Of a DNA stretch of 64,000 nt, positions 47,983 to 59,286 are shown piece by piece; the first letter of the stretch is position 1; each line of letters begins with the position of its first letter. Source of the stretch: Selaginella moellendorffii. Taxonomy: Eukaryota; Plantae; Lycopodiophyta. The DNA is taken from assembly GCF_000143415.4 (NCBI RefSeq), contig NW_003314266.1, positions 2,746,414-2,810,413 of the forward strand, in the 5' to 3' direction. Made by a program: the position numbers and the translations under genes. The notes beneath the pieces were generated by a model. That model had not been told where the DNA came from. It saw only the letters and a list, made by a program, of their open reading frames with translations, and ran no database searches.

Positions 47983-50193
47983 CTAGCCCAGGGGTTTTAG
48001 GGCTCTACTTGGCACGATTCCATCCGTCGGGAGGGAAAGCTTTCTGGCCGTCGGATCTCTGTACATGTTGGAGAGAAGCACGTAGCCCGCCACATTCTTG
48101 GCGTCCATATCCACCATTCTCTGCGACGCTCGAGCTCCTCTCTTGGAATCCTTGTGGCTCTTACACCCGGCTAGCAGCGCCGTCCAATCCAGCGAATCCG
48201 GCACGAATGGCATGGTATGGATGAGCTCCTCCGATTCCTCTAGATGGCCCGATCGCGCGAGAAGATCCACCGCGCAGCTATACAATTGCTTGGTGGGTTT
48301 CACCGCGTGATCCATTTGCATCGATCGGAAGCACGCGAGCCCATCCTTGAACTTGCCACTGTGGCTGCAAGCCGCGATCGCGCACACGATCGTCGCCTCG
48401 TCAGGTGATTCCGCCGCCAAATTCATCGCGCCAAAGAACTCCATTGCGATCTCGAAGCTAGCCTTTTGGGCGAATGCCGCAAGCATCGCCGTCCAAGACA
48501 CGCGGTCGCGCTCGTCCATGGATTTGAAGAGATTCGCCGCATCTTCCACGCGCCCTTTCTGGGCATATGCCGAAAGGATCACCGTCCACGACACATTGCT
48601 TCGTTCCTCCATGCTATCGAAGAAACTCTTCGCCTTGTCGAGATTCTCGTTTAGAGCATATGACGCGAGCATTGCGCCCCACGCCACTGCGTCTCTCTCC
48701 TCCATGGCATCGAAAAACTTCTTAGAATCTTCTAGATGCCCGTTCTGGGCATATGCCGCGAGCATCGCGTTCCATGACACCCTGTCGCGCTCCTGCATCC
48801 GGTCGAATATGCTCTTGGCGTATTCCAGATGCCCATTCTGGGAATATGCAGAAAGCATCGCGTTCCACGACACAAGGTCGTGCTCGCGCATAAGATCGAA
48901 GAGATTCTTCGCGTTTTCCAGGTTCCCACTGCGCGAGTGCGCGCAAAGCATTATGTTCCACGAGATTTGGTCACGTTCCTCCATCGCACCAAAGAGATTC
49001 CTCGCTGTCTCAATATGCCCGTTTATGGCATATGCCGAGAGCATTGCGTTCCACGACGCAAGATCCCTCTCTTGCATCTCATCGAAAACCTGTTTAGATT
49101 CCTCAACCAGCCCTTGCTGGGAATATGCCACTAGCATCACAGTCCACGAAATAAAGTCCCACTCTTTCATCCGAGCAAACAAGCTCCTTGCCTCAGGGAT
49201 ATTCCCGAAAGTGGTATATGCCGAAAGCATCGTGTTCCACGATACCAGGTTGCTCTCTCGCATCGCGTAAAAGAGGGCTTTAGCCTCTTCTATGTGCCCA
49301 GTCTGGGCATAGGCACTCAGCATTGTGTTCCACGAAACCAAGCTCCTCTCTGGCATTCGATCAAAGATCTTCTTGGTGCTCTCCAAATCCCCGTTTTGAG
49401 CATATGCCGACGCCATCGCTGTGAGCGAGATCATGTTTTTCTCGCGCATCCGGGCAAAGAGCCGCTTGGCCTCGTCGAATTGCCCGTTCTGCGCATACCC
49501 GGCAAGCATCGCATTCCACGAGACAAGATCCCTCTCGGGCATCGTCCGGAAAACAAGTTCGGCCTCCTCAATCATCTTGTTGTCGGCATAGGCGACAAGC
49601 ATCGCCGTCCAGGAGATCATGTCCCTCTCGAGCATGGAATCGAAGAGATTCTTGGCCTCGTCAATGAGACCCTCCCGGGCCAGGGCCGTGAGCATCGCGG
49701 TCTCGGAAAAGATGCTCAGTTCGGGCATCTTAGTGAAGAGATTCCTGGCGTCTCCCAGCCGTCCATTGTCCACAAACGCTGTAAGCATCGCCGTCCATGA
49801 GACTCTATCCCTCTCCCACATGGAATCGAACACGCGCTTGGCCTCGTCCACATGCCCGTGCTGGGCAAGTGCGTTGATCATGACCGTCCACGTCACCAGG
49901 TTGTGCTCGGGCATGGCCAAGTATATACCCCGGGCCTCCTCCAGATGCCCGTTCTGGGCATATGCCGAGAGCATCAGTGCCCAGGAGAAGACGTTCTTCT
50001 TGGCCGTCCCGTCGAAGACTCTCTTGGCATCTTCCACGCCGCCGCGGGTGCCGTACATCTGGAGGAGGAAATTGGCCATGTAAATATTGGATTGGACGAG
50101 ATGGGCCACACGAGAGTGTACGGCCTTGAGCTGGGCGAGTGTCTTGGCTGCCCTGATCTGCTCGAGCCCGGCATTAACCTCTAAGTTGGTCAT
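47983..50193 (-). CDS. PLS-class PPR with a long run of 31-aa S-type repeats and an E domain
   Basis: About 17 repeats like RDLVSWNAMLSAYAQNGHLEEAK.LF..M.E, then ACSHSG, DLLARSG, WTALL, YVLLSNMY. First ATG is at 50193, directly after a CAG acceptor (probable 5' UTR intron from about 50386). Confidence 0.93.
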   Translation of the reverse strand: MTNLEVNAGLEQIRAAKTLAQLKAVHSRVAHLVQSNIYMANFLLQMYGTRGGVEDAKRVFDGTAKKNVFSWALMLSAYAQNGHLEEARGIYLAMPEHNLVTWTVMINALAQHGHVDEAKRVFDSMWERDRVSWTAMLTAFVDNGRLGDARNLFTKMPELSIFSETAMLTALAREGLIDEAKNLFDSMLERDMISWTAMLVAYADNKMIEEAELVFRTMPERDLVSWNAMLAGYAQNGQFDEAKRLFARMREKNMISLTAMASAYAQNGDLESTKKIFDRMPERSLVSWNTMLSAYAQTGHIEEAKALFYAMRESNLVSWNTMLSAYTTFGNIPEARSLFARMKEWDFISWTVMLVAYSQQGLVEESKQVFDEMQERDLASWNAMLSAYAINGHIETARNLFGAMEERDQISWNIMLCAHSRSGNLENAKNLFDLMREHDLVSWNAMLSAYSQNGHLEYAKSIFDRMQERDRVSWNAMLAAYAQNGHLEDSKKFFDAMEERDAVAWGAMLASYALNENLDKAKSFFDSMEERSNVSWTVILSAYAQKGRVEDAANLFKSMDERDRVSWTAMLAAFAQKASFEIAMEFFGAMNLAAESPDEATIVCAIAACSHSGKFKDGLACFRSMQMDHAVKPTKQLYSCAVDLLARSGHLEESEELIHTMPFVPDSLDWTALLAGCKSHKDSKRGARASQRMVDMDAKNVAGYVLLSNMYRDPTARKLSLPTDGIVPSRALKPLG

Positions 50194-50824
50194 CTGGAAG
50201 GGCAAAAGTAATTAGGGCTATAGATGCCCACTTTGGGCATATGCCAAGGAATTTTTGTAAGAGTAATTAGGGCTCGAGCATTTTTCAAGGTTGATTAACG
50301 TGGCGGCACTAACGTCCGTTGGATTGGATGGTTTGTTGGTAAAATCGGGAAAAAAGAACGAACGAAACCCTTGTTTCCTCTCTTACCTAGTGTTGCGCTG
50401 TCGACGCACCGCGGCGTGTGGCGCGGAGTGGGGCGCGGGCGGAGGCGAGGCGGCACGATTGAATCGCCGGGCTGAGATTTCGCAGTGCCGGCAAGGTTTG
50501 TGGTCTTCGATCGCAGCCGCGGGGCAAAGAATCGCATCGATTTGGCTGACCGCTTGCGAAAATGCCAGCCAAGAAGAGAGTGTAGCTCGTTCTTGCGGGA
50601 GCTCGGTGGCCGGGAGCCCTATCCTGGCGTGGGAATTCAGTCACTCTAGGTAATGTGGGCAATTTCTTCGTGGATAGGGTGTTTCTTAACGATGCCCTAG
50701 GGAGCAGCAATTGGGAAATGCGGTTCTGGGAAGAGAGGCTCGTCCGGGAAGAAGAAGAACAAGGCAAAGAGAAGAAAGGTGGGACTAAGAACACAGCAAA
50801 GCTCTAGTGAATGAGGAGGTGGAT

Positions 50825-53081
50825 ATGAGGGATATGAATGCCACAGTTGAGAGTGAGACGACTACTACAGCTTCGGCACAGGGGGAGCCGCCATGGTTAC
50901 ACGTCCGGCGGGAGCCATTCGAGTACGGCATGCTACCACTGCCGAGTTTGATGCACCACGATGGAGTTGGGTCTCTCCGGGAGCTCCGGGAGAAGCTGCT
51001 GGACAAGTCTATCCCGCAAACATCCTGGCAGTCGGGAGGAGGGAATGCTTCCGAGGATTCGTCAGCGATGGCTCAGCAGCCAAGCAGACGCGTTGGTGTT
51101 GCTGCGATTGTCGAGTGCTTGGGACTTTCGGAGGCGCATGCTCTACTGGTGTTGGATACTCTGGCTTCGGTCTTGCCAGATGGAGACGACTGTGATCAGC
51201 TGGCTCGGGCTTATGCAGCGGAGATTGACACAGTCGGAGCACACGTCGACGATCTTCTTCTCTTCCTATATATTCAGATCTATCGGAGGGTTCCTCCACG
51301 CTCTCACAAGGATCCGGCGGCAGTAGCAGACGTTTGGCCTTCTACGTCGCCGTTTGATGGATTCTTTTCGACACTTTCGCCTTTGCAAGTAAGCAAGCAC
51401 TCTGGTTTTTATTTCAAGTTCTTGTGTTCTTGTGTTCTTGCTCACGACAGGTTAGGCCTACAAGAAAATCCGTTCCTTGTCAAGTTGAAGAGGAGGTGCA
51501 CCAGCTTGCATTCGTCCAGAAGCATCTCTCATCTTTACTGGCTTTGCTGGTCGATCTGGAGGAAGACGGTGCAAAGGTAAAATGATCAAGAGCTATTTGT
51601 TGGAAGCCATTGATCTGATTCGACATGTTTTTCTTAAGGTTCTGTCAGTTGGAAGCTTCGATCGTCTCGGAATTATTTTTCGGCCAGTTGACGCGCAATG
51701 CAACGCAAGATCACTCAGCCAGACCGCTCCTTTCTTTGCGGGTTCTGATCCGGATATGCCTGCTGTTCCGGTGCCTTTGGCTCAAGCACACGACTGGATT
51801 TTGGAGCACATTTCGACCCAAGCTCAACGAACAAAATGTTCAGGCAAAGAAAACGGGCCGAATGAGGAGAACGATATCACTATGATTGATGCTGTCGGGG
51901 CACAGGCATGGGTTCAAAATGGTGTGACCAAGAACAGGGAGTGGTGTTTCGAAGGGCTGACATTCGTTGATGGGGTGACCAAAGTATCCACCATAAAGAG
52001 CGAAAGCGATGTCACTGGTGACACGTTGAAGGTTTATACGTCTTACACCAGAGTTTTATCTTTAACATAGTTCTTTCAGGTATCGAACTGTCACGATGCG
52101 GTGGTTTACGTTCTGGCGCCAACTAAGTATGCGTCTGTGTTTGGCTGCTCGGATTCCATTGTCGTTCTTGGTGCGGTTGGAAAGGTAGCGTGGTATCGAC
52201 TGTTTCTTATTACTAATTCTCTGTTTGAATGCAGGCCGTGAGGATAGAGCACTGCGAAAGAGTCCAGGTGATCGTGCCCTGTGCAAGAATCTGTATAGCG
52301 AATTGCCGGGAGTGCGTGTTCTTTCTGGGTGTCAATCAACGTCCACTCATTCTCGGTAATAACTATAATCTTCAGGTAAAAGTCATATCATTTTTGCTTC
52401 TTTTTTTTTTTCTAAAAGCTTCTACCGTATTTACCAGGTCGCTCCGTTCAACACGTTTTATCCAAAACTTGAAGCACATCTTGCTCAAGTTCGAGTGGAT
52501 CCGACTGTCAACAGATGGGACAAGATTTTGACATTGGGGGTTATCGATCCACATGACTCCTTACCCCATCCTGCTGGTGTTGCTGACGCTCAAGCGGAAG
52601 GTGCCAGCGTCGTTCCGCCGGATAGATTTACTAATTTCCTGGTAAGATGACGTTCTGGATTCTTTTGGCTAGCTGCTCACAATACTGACTTTTCAGATTC
52701 CAAGATGGAACGGAGGAGAATCCGAACAGAATTTTACGAGGGCGAATCCGTTTTTGCTACCGAAACTTTATCTGATGGCGCAGCAGCAGCGGGTGAGTTT
52801 TTCTTTTTCTTTTTTTCTTTTTCCTTCTCGGTTCATTTACTGATTTTTTTTTAACAGAACAAGGCAATGGAGAACTTGCGCCACTTGCTGCAGAATGTTC
52901 CCTTGGACGATAATCGTAAGCGGGACCTGTCGAATGCAATTCACGCACACTTCAAGGAATGGTTATACGGTAGGGCTTGAACTTTTTGTCTTGTGACTTG
53001 AATAAAAATGTTGTTTCTGCAGGGTCCGGAAATATTCGTCAGTTATACGACCTTCAGATCGCTGACAAAGGGACGGAGTGA
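50825..53081 (+). CDS. TBCCD1: TBCC domain-containing protein 1 (C-CAP/cofactor C-like), multi-exon
   Basis: RREPFEYGMLPLP, DDLLLFLYIQ, DVWPSTS, NCHDAVVYVLAP, CRECVFFLGVNQRP, HFKEWLY.SGNIRQLYDL. Confidence 0.88.
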
Positions 53082-53441
53082 TCTTGTTGTGGCCTGTAAA
53101 AGGTCTCTTCTAAAGCGCCATTGACATGAAGGCATCCTTCACACTCAAGGCTCGGACGGCATCCGAATTGTGGAGGAAAAAGACACAATGGTTTTGATGA
53201 TGGAGTCCGAAGCTCCAGAGAGATCGTTGTTGGGTCAGGTTAGTCCATTGCGGTTTCCGATCCTGCTCAGCTGCTGATGGTGTCTCCTTGCAGATGTGCA
53301 AGGTAAGCTAGATCTGTGTATCATTTGAATGGCAAAATAATATGAAAATTTGCTTTTCTTTCGCGAGTTTGTGTTCGTTTTTGTTATTTCAGGAAGGTTG
53401 TGAACGGGTGGTACGTACTCGTCTATTTCTTTGCCAGGCTC

Positions 53442-53852
53442 TTACTTGAACATTCGCTCTTCCGAACTGATGGGAATGTTATTTGCAGACATGTCTCGGC
53501 GTTCCATGACACCATCCTGATTGAAAGTCCAGTGCTCGATGCCGTAAGCTCGCCACCACTGACCAGCCACTTCGTCCAGGTACTCGTACTCAAATTCCAC
53601 AGCGATTTTGTTGTCGTTGTGGCAGAAGTAACGCTTGCGAAGTTTGTACCTCTTCTCAACATCCCATTTTTTCTGGAGGAAGCCGATGATTTCCTCACGG
53701 CCTCGGAGAAACTGGTCCCTGTTGCGCCACACGGAATCAGGGGTGTATGCGAGAGCTACCTTATTGGGGTCTTTGGTGTTCCAGAGATCCTCCGCTCGCT
53801 GGACCTTCGCTTTGGCCGTCGCTTCCGTGAACGGTGGAACCAGAGACGCCAT
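53442..53852 (-). CDS. DUF1348 NTF2/SnoaL-like protein, intronless, 136 aa
   Basis: PPFT..TA..KV..AEDLWNT.DP..VALAYT.DS.WRNR..FL.GREEI..FL..KW...IAVEFEYEY...W.RAYG.E.W.F...G.M.RR..S.N. Confidence 0.9.
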   Translation of the reverse strand: MASLVPPFTEATAKAKVQRAEDLWNTKDPNKVALAYTPDSVWRNRDQFLRGREEIIGFLQKKWDVEKRYKLRKRYFCHNDNKIAVEFEYEYLDEVAGQWWRAYGIEHWTFNQDGVMERRDMSANNIPISSEERMFK

Positions 53853-53894
53853 ATGGGACTTAGGGCTCCGACTTGGGGGTTCCAACTCTTTAAG

Positions 53895-56666
53895 TCACCA
53901 GTAGTCTCCGCAAGAACAGGTTCCACTCTGGAAGCGATGGAAACGATTAGCGTCCCTCACGGTGATCACCCGACTTCTCAACTTGGATATCAACTTGATG
54001 GCCCCGTGACAGTCCGAGCAAACTCTGAGGTTCTTCAGAACGAGCAGAGGAATGCCGCTCTTGGTGGAGATGAGTCCGAACGCAACCGCCAATTTCTCAC
54101 TGTGGAGGGCAAGGATCTCCTCCTTGTCTTCGGTTTTGAGATCGTGGACAACGCCGTCAGTGCTTGGAACGAATCCAGCTTGCTTTAGCTCGACGTTCAA
54201 GATGTCGAGTTCTCTGAGAATTTTGTCGATCTGAGGATGGCTGGAGTCTCCCGCTACGAACTCGTGAACTCTGCCGTGGACCTCGATGACACTCCTTCCA
54301 GGTACCAGCTTCCTTAGACCTCTCTCTTTCATGCTGCTTCTCAGTTCAACTAACTCGTCCTTCTTTCCAGTTGCCGAATACAAACTCGAGAGAAGCGTGT
54401 ATGGAGCAGTATTTTGAGGCTCCAGATTGAATGCCTGCTCGGCGGCAGACGCAGCATTCTCCAAACTTCCCTGGACCCGGCAGCCTCCAAGCAACGTTCT
54501 CCAAGCAATTGCATCCGGCGAAAACGGCATGCTGTTCATGAGCTCGTCTGCATCTCCAAGCCTTCCAGATCGAGCCAGCAGGTCCACCATACAGCGATAA
54601 TTCTCAGCAGCTGGAACTAAGTCGAAGTCAGACAGCATCAACTGGAAGTGATCGTAAGCTACTTCAAGCATTCCCGAGTGGCTGCAGGCGATGAGAACGG
54701 AGATGAAGCTGGCGGAGTCGAGCTCCACTCCTTCACAAGCTGCTGCTCTCAGAAATGCTGCTGCCTCGTCTCCCTGGCCCTGGTGAGCACAGGCTGCGAG
54801 CATCGCATTCCAGGAAACGGAGTTTTTCGTCGTCATGGCTTTGAAGACGGCCTTGGCTTGCTCCAGAGTTCCACACTTGCCATACATGCTCACGAGCGCG
54901 GTCTCCACGACAACGTTTGGCAGGCAACACTTTCTTCCAAGAACAGGCTCCACGACTCTCTTGTGGATTCTCTTGCCGAACTCGAGAGCACCACAGCAGG
55001 AACAGGCAGTGATAACGCTCGCAAAGGTGGTGTCGTCCTGCGGCAGTCCCTCCAGGTCCATCTCCCGGAAGACTTGGATGGACTCTTTGCCAAGTCCCTG
55101 CTGTGCGAAGGTCGCAATCATCACGTTCATCGAGACTTGGTCTCGCCTCTGCATCTTCCGGAAGATATCTCTGGCGACTTCGAGGCTCCCGCACTTGGCA
55201 TACATGTTGAGCAGCGCGTTTTGGACACCGACGTCTCTCTCGTACTCGGTGAGAGCGATGAACTTCTCGTGGATCTCCCGGCCCGCTGCCAGAGCTCCCG
55301 ACGTGGAACAGGCGCTGAGAATGATCGTGAAAGTCGTCTTATCGGCATCAGAGCTCATACTTCCGAAGAACTCCATCGCCAGCTGCAACTCGCCCAGCTG
55401 CGAGCAGGCACCGATCATCGCGTTCCAGGCAACAACGTCGCGGCTTTCCATGCTCTCGAACACTCTCCTCGCTTCGTCCAGCCGGCGGTACCTCGCATAC
55501 ATCTTGATAGCGGCAGTATCCACAAGGACACGCGAGCGTCGAGCATCGTTGTCGATCGAGGGAGACATGAAAGACAACGAGTCCGAGTGGATGATCCTCC
55601 CGTCCTCGAGGCTGCTGCAAGAACTTAAAGCTGCGACGAAAGTTATGTGATCGGGAAGAACACCATCGACAGCCATCAGGCGGAAGAGGTAGATCGCCTC
55701 TCGGTTTTGCTCGCGCTGGACGTAAGCCGTGATCATCGAGTTCCACGACACCAGGCTCTTGCCATCGATCCGGTCGAAGACTCTTCTCGCGGCCAGCAAA
55801 AGTCCGAGCTTGGCGTACGCGTTGAGCAGGCAAGTCGCCACCACGACATCGAACTGGAGTCCCGTCTCCACGATCCTGGCATGGATCTTCTCCAGAGAAG
55901 TGACATCGTTGCAAGCTCCGAGAACTCCAACGAAGGTCGCTCGGCAGGGACGGACGCCGTGCTCCGCCATCTTTTCGAAGAGATCGAGAGCTTGGTGGTG
56001 GCTGTGCCCGCTCTGGGCATACGCGGCTATGAGAGCGTTCCAGGAGACGACGTTCTTGGCCGGGATGCGATCAAAGACCGACTTTGCAGTGGAGAGGTCG
56101 CCACACTTCGCGTACATGCTGAAGATGGCGGTGTCGAGAATGACCGAGGGGCGGATCCCACGGCTGGCTTTGATCCTGGCATGGATCTCCCGGCCTCTCT
56201 GGAGATCTCCCAGCGAAGAACAGGCCGAGAGGGCGGTTGCGAAGGTCATGGCCGTGGGAGGAACGTCCATCTTTGCGAAGAGGTGGAGAGCTGTGGAGGG
56301 GTGGCCGCGGTGGGCATAGGCCGAGATGATGATGTTCCAGGAGAAGATGTTCTTGTGCTGGATGGCGTCGAAGATGGATCGAGCTTCACAAAGGCTGCCG
56401 TGCTTGGCGAGCATGAGGACGAGGAGATTGTTGAGGTAGGCGCTGCTTCCCAGGCCCGCTCGAGTGATCTTTTGGTGGATGATCGAGACTGAGTTGGAAT
56501 CCTTGCAGCTGCGAATCGCGGCGGCGAAGGAGTCGGATTGGATCTCCCTCTCGAGGCTGTCGAGTGGATCGTGCTTCCGGGACGATGAAGAAGAAGAGCA
56601 GGCATTTTTCCTGGTTGTGGCGATGGTGGGCTTCTTCGTCTTCCAGATGGTATGCTTCTTGAGCAT
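53895..56666 (-). CDS. PLS-PPR-E-E+-DYW protein (organellar C-to-U editing factor)
   Basis: PLS repeats, PG box (PGRSVIE), HSEKLA, KNLRVCSDCH and terminal CSCGDYW. First ATG is at 56666. Confidence 0.96.
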   Translation of the reverse strand: MLKKHTIWKTKKPTIATTRKNACSSSSSSRKHDPLDSLEREIQSDSFAAAIRSCKDSNSVSIIHQKITRAGLGSSAYLNNLLVLMLAKHGSLCEARSIFDAIQHKNIFSWNIIISAYAHRGHPSTALHLFAKMDVPPTAMTFATALSACSSLGDLQRGREIHARIKASRGIRPSVILDTAIFSMYAKCGDLSTAKSVFDRIPAKNVVSWNALIAAYAQSGHSHHQALDLFEKMAEHGVRPCRATFVGVLGACNDVTSLEKIHARIVETGLQFDVVVATCLLNAYAKLGLLLAARRVFDRIDGKSLVSWNSMITAYVQREQNREAIYLFRLMAVDGVLPDHITFVAALSSCSSLEDGRIIHSDSLSFMSPSIDNDARRSRVLVDTAAIKMYARYRRLDEARRVFESMESRDVVAWNAMIGACSQLGELQLAMEFFGSMSSDADKTTFTIILSACSTSGALAAGREIHEKFIALTEYERDVGVQNALLNMYAKCGSLEVARDIFRKMQRRDQVSMNVMIATFAQQGLGKESIQVFREMDLEGLPQDDTTFASVITACSCCGALEFGKRIHKRVVEPVLGRKCCLPNVVVETALVSMYGKCGTLEQAKAVFKAMTTKNSVSWNAMLAACAHQGQGDEAAAFLRAAACEGVELDSASFISVLIACSHSGMLEVAYDHFQLMLSDFDLVPAAENYRCMVDLLARSGRLGDADELMNSMPFSPDAIAWRTLLGGCRVQGSLENAASAAEQAFNLEPQNTAPYTLLSSLYSATGKKDELVELRSSMKERGLRKLVPGRSVIEVHGRVHEFVAGDSSHPQIDKILRELDILNVELKQAGFVPSTDGVVHDLKTEDKEEILALHSEKLAVAFGLISTKSGIPLLVLKNLRVCSDCHGAIKLISKLRSRVITVRDANRFHRFQSGTCSCGDYW

Positions 56667-56759
56667 CTCCCAGCACCATTCTTTGCGATCCAAACGCTAT
56701 CTTTGATCGAGAAAGCAGATGCTCGTTCTGTGCTTTTGCTGTGAGTCTGGATTCTTGCT

Positions 56760-57110
56760 TGTCACGATCTATTCTGCCATGATCACGCGAAGAAGATTTA
56801 AGGAAGCGATCTAGCAAGAGTCAAGGAAGAAGAAGACCAAGGAGGAGCATAGAAAGAATGGAAGAAGAGAGCTCTAGATAGAAGAAAAGATCGAAATGAA
56901 CAGATGCCCTCTCTGGGCATTTTCTGTGAGCTGTGATTTCGGCGTGTCGGAATCTATTTTGCGACGATCACACGAAGAAAATCTGATGGGAACGATCAAG
57001 CGAACGTCAAAGAAGAATAAGACCGAGAAGGATCATAGAAAGAATGGAAGAAAAGAGCTCTAGAGTAGAAGAAATATCTAAATTGCTAGATGCCCTATCT
57101 GGGCATTTGG
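56760..57110. repeat. Tandem direct repeat, two units with a period of about 185 bp
   Basis: Both units carry gatcac.cgaagaa...catagaaagaatggaagaa.agagctctaga...agatgccct.tctgggcattt. Confidence 0.85.
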
Positions 57111-57706
57111 CGATCTAAACCTTCTTCCAAAATGCCCATAGAAGAATCAAAGCGAGTGATGACAAACGGCCACGCAGCTAAAATTTCTCCACTCTTTGCA
57201 GAGGTCAGAGCTGCCAGCCACACCAGGAAGGGAACAAAAAAAATAGAACTAGATGGAAGAAGAGAGAAGAGCTCTAATAATTAGGGGTTATAGCAGTGAT
57301 GGTAGATTTTGAATGGCGAAGAATGGCGCCTTCTCGCCCTCCTCCTCGCGGCCATTGATCGCAGCCTCGTCCTCTTGTGCCCGTGGCGCTCGCTTCCAAC
57401 GTCTCTAAGATCGGCGCTGCCTCCGGGATCGATAGCCGCTGGAGTCGCTGCGATCCGGTAAGTTCTTCCCTTCCACGGCCGAAATTTTGGGATTCCCTGC
57501 CCGCATTGGCTTGATCCGATCTTCCAAGTCGGGGTTTTTGTAGGCTTTCTTTGTCTCATTGGCTTGGTCTGGCTTGATTCGATCATCCAAGCGAGGGTTC
57601 TAGGATACAGTTCTTTTGATGCTTGCAAAGCCGTGGCTTTTGTATTTTTCTCTCGATCTTTGAGAGGTTTTTGATCTTTTTCTTTCTTTGCTTGCGAAGC
57701 CCAGCG

Positions 57707-59101
57707 ATGGCGTCCAAGCTTCTCACCGCATGGCGCAAGAGGAAACGCACTAAGAGCACTGATGAGTATGCATGTAAGCGTTTTTTTTTCTTTGTTCTTT
57801 CTTTTTGTTCTTCTCAATGCTTCTCGACGCAGGGCCGCCAAAGTCACTCGAGTTTTGGGAGGACGTTCCTCCTCCTCCACTGTTGAGGCCCGCGGCCATC
57901 CCTGCCGTGGTCTTCACTTTGAGAGAAATGCTCCAAGCCACGAACAACTTTAGCTACGATAACTTCATCGGCGAAGGAGGCTTTGGTCGTGTCTATCGAG
58001 GAGTTTTGAGAACTGGAAAGGTCTGTAAGTTCTTCTAGGTGTCCTTTCTCTCACTCTAGTTTTTTCTTTTCTGTGAAACAGCCCGTGGCCATCAAGCAGA
58101 TGGATCCAACTTTAAGCCGAGGCACACAAGGCGAGCGAGAGTTCCGGGTGGAAGTCGACCTTCTAAGTCGGCTCAGCCACCCCAGCCTTGTGAGGCTGAT
58201 CGGCTACTGTGCCGATAGAAAGCAGAGAATGCTGGTGTACGAGTTCATGACTCAAGGAAGTCTTCAAGAACACTTGCACGGTATGGTAGTACAGTTGCCA
58301 ATAATTTGGTGTTTATAGAGTTTGCCTCTTTCAGGGATTGTGCGGATAAAGATGAACTGGCAAGTCCGTATTCGTATTGCCCTTGGCTCAGCTAGAGCTC
58401 TAGAATACCTCCACGCTGGACCTGCGACTGGCAATCCCATCATCCATCGGGATTTCAAGTCGAGTAACATACTTCTTGATGAGACCTTCCAAGCGAAGGT
58501 GGGCCTGGTTTCTTCGTCACGCTCACGGCAGTCCTACTTTTCTTTGTGATTCAGGTGTCAGATTTTGGTCTTGCAAAGCTTGTTCCGCATGGAAACAAAA
58601 CGTATGTGAGCACGAGGGTACTGGGAACTTTTGGTTATTTCGATCCACACTACACGGCAGTAAGACTTGGTTTTTGAAAGACACTTTCCAATCCGTGGTC
58701 TCGCAGACAGGGAGGCTTACGCTGAAGAGTGATGTCTATGCGTTTGGTGTTGTGCTGCTGGAGCTTCTTACTGGAAGGCGGCCGGTGGATTCGGCACACA
58801 GCTTTACAAAACAGAACTTAGTTTTTCAGGTAAGTTAAACACAAGCGGCTTCATGTCAGGCTTTTTACCTGCACTGTCACAGGTGCGAGACAGTTTACGG
58901 GACAGCAGGAAGTTAAAGAAGATAATTGACCCCGAAATATCGTTGGAATCGTGCTCGTGGGAATCCATCAAGAGATTCGCGATGCTGGCCTACTGCTGCG
59001 TGCGTGACGACGATACCCGGCGTCCGACGATGGGAGAATGCGTTGCAGAGTTGGAACAGCTCTATCTTCTAATCCTGTTCTACAGGAGAGCCGCAACGTG
59101 A
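57707..59101 (+). CDS. Receptor-like cytoplasmic kinase, PBL28-like, multi-exon
   Basis: AWRKRKR N-terminus, [63 protein letters not shown]. Confidence 0.92.
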
Positions 59102-59286
59102 AACTTCTCAGTCAGGTACCTTGCCATTTTCAAATGGCTCATTCCATTTCTAAGATCTGTATACAGGGACAGGGACATAAAACAAAACCAAAAAAGAGAA
59201 GAGAAGAACGATAGGAAGCAGCTCTGTACATTCTGCACTGACAATTTCTTCATCTTCACGTCGACACTCGCGAGCATGCGACCGGT

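Noticed and set aside
48347-50184. Long plus-strand ORFs and the 93-bp periodicity, read as a separate gene or CRISPR-like array
   Set aside because: These are antisense shadows of the PPR repeats. Whole units are homologous, with no unique spacers.
54648-56492. Several 200-330 aa plus-strand ORFs
   Set aside because: Antisense to the GC-rich DYW-PPR CDS, with no motifs of their own.
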